DNA of 63,867 nucleotides, the filler included, from Pelomyxa schiedti (Eukaryota > Protista > Evosea): NCBI GenBank assembly GCA_020536535.1. It is 6 parts of 6 records of this genome, joined end to end, with 100 filler letters (N's around TTAATTAATTAA, not from the genome) between each part and the next. Parts side by side here need not be neighbours in the genome. Positions count along the whole stretch, not along the records: positions 62,840 to 63,867 come from JAHLWZ010002976.1; 5 more parts are not named here. The stretch is one strand, 5' to 3'. Positions 62,840-63,867 of this stretch are shown in pieces. Position 1 is the stretch's first letter, and the number at the start of each line of letters is the position of its first letter. A program made the translations under genes and the position numbers. The notes beneath the pieces are model-generated. The model was not told the origin of the DNA. It was given only the letters and a program-made list of their open reading frames with translations, and did no database searches.

Positions 62840-63867
62840 GGTTTTTTATCTTCCTCTTCAATCTGGGCTTGAAACGATGCCAGAACTAATGTTTTCCGAC
62901 TTTCAACAGCTGGAGGAGGCTGTGTCAAGAGGTGTAGAGATGCGGCACTTGAAGCAGGAAGAGGTTGTGAAAGAGATGAACTTGAGGTTGTGCTTGTGCA
63001 GGTCGTAGAGGACCATTGCCCATTCTGGTGCAAATTCATCTCAGCAAGTGATTGTTCATCAATAGAGAGGTACTCTGGGTGAGTGAGTCTGAGATTTGCT
63101 TATGAAAAGTGAGAAAACACCATAAATCTTTGATTTAGCCACCCATTCTTCATTTTGTTTCTGACCGGCGCTGGTCAGCACCACCACAGCAGTCGTGGGG
63201 GTTGTTTTGATAAAGTGGGTATCACTTCCACTATTGGTTCTCTGACCAGTGCCGGTCAAACACTTTGTTGTTTTCACCACATTTTTCCATTTTTAATGAG
63301 CAAAACACAAACAACACACCTCCTGCATGGCACCGCGATACACCGTCATAGACTCCATCGATGTCTTGTGCTCTGAGAGTGATTGGATCTGTTCTGTGAA
63401 CTGTCGCCTTCCACCTCTCCAACGCCAGCACTGCCCGCATGCAACTTGACCCAAATTTCAGAATCACTCTGCCATCCGAACTTCTGAATGTCTTCCTCTC
63501 TGTCTGTTATTCACCCCGCATCCAAGTCCCGATCGTAATTTCTGAAAACTGGGGTTTTGATGGGGTGTCTGTGTATTTGGGGGTGGTCATTTTACCAATG
63601 AGGCACCCCGCTTTGTGGTTTTCCCACCCTTGGTGTGCGTGTGTGCGGCGATTGTTTTGGAGTTTGGTGGCAAGTTTTTCTTCGAGGGAGGCACACCTTG
63701 GGCCATTTCTAAGAGTCGAATTCTTGCCATGAACACCAATGAGCTGATGCTGTGTAGCTCTGCTGGTGTTGGGTCATGAAAATATCGACTAGCAGTTGCC
63801 CTCATCACCTCAGTCTGCTGATTCTCCACCTTGGTTTTCAGGGTCTCCTTCACTCCTTGCACTGCAT
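62840..63867 (-). CDS. Internal fragment of an unknown multi-exon gene or pseudogene
   Basis: Coding-like blocks at 63587-63862, 63231-63467 and 62840-63039; in-frame stops unresolved; both ends truncated. Confidence 0.3.

Overview
Eukaryotic, intron-rich, gene-dense draft assembly, not prokaryotic. It consists of six unrelated scaffolds joined by N-TTAATTAATTAA-N linkers (29006, 38372, 56752, 60564, 62784), with 100-N internal gaps. Short GT-AG introns, a WAML-type actin regulator and an expanded family carrying a 'DARxQxxAL...RCG..S...W...WV' motif point to an amoebozoan, plausibly a Pelomyxa-like archamoeba (inference). Recognisable genes: Niban-like protein with a PX domain, ankyrin-like repeat protein, TCAB1/WRAP53, Faf1/C1orf131-like, WAML (I-BAR + GBD + CA), Q/N-rich C4-finger protein, a divergent histone H3, an Spt23/Mga2-like membrane-bound transcription factor, CCCH-PUF, RING-TRAF-finger-SPRY E3, methionyl-tRNA synthetase (two haplotypes), a Kelch-F-box-Ras-CaaX fusion and tandem atypical zinc-finger genes. 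The best-supported feature invisible to the ORF track is a complete 528-bp miniature LTR retroelement (TRIM) at 8400-8927. It has identical 100-bp TG...CA LTRs, a 5-bp TSD, an initiator-tRNA PBS and a PPT. Other leads: an H3 lacking K27 and K36, Mga2 architecture outside fungi, two paralogues separated by an in-frame 15-nt spacer, and strongly diverged co-assembled haplotypes. All exon structures and family calls were made by eye, without database searches.
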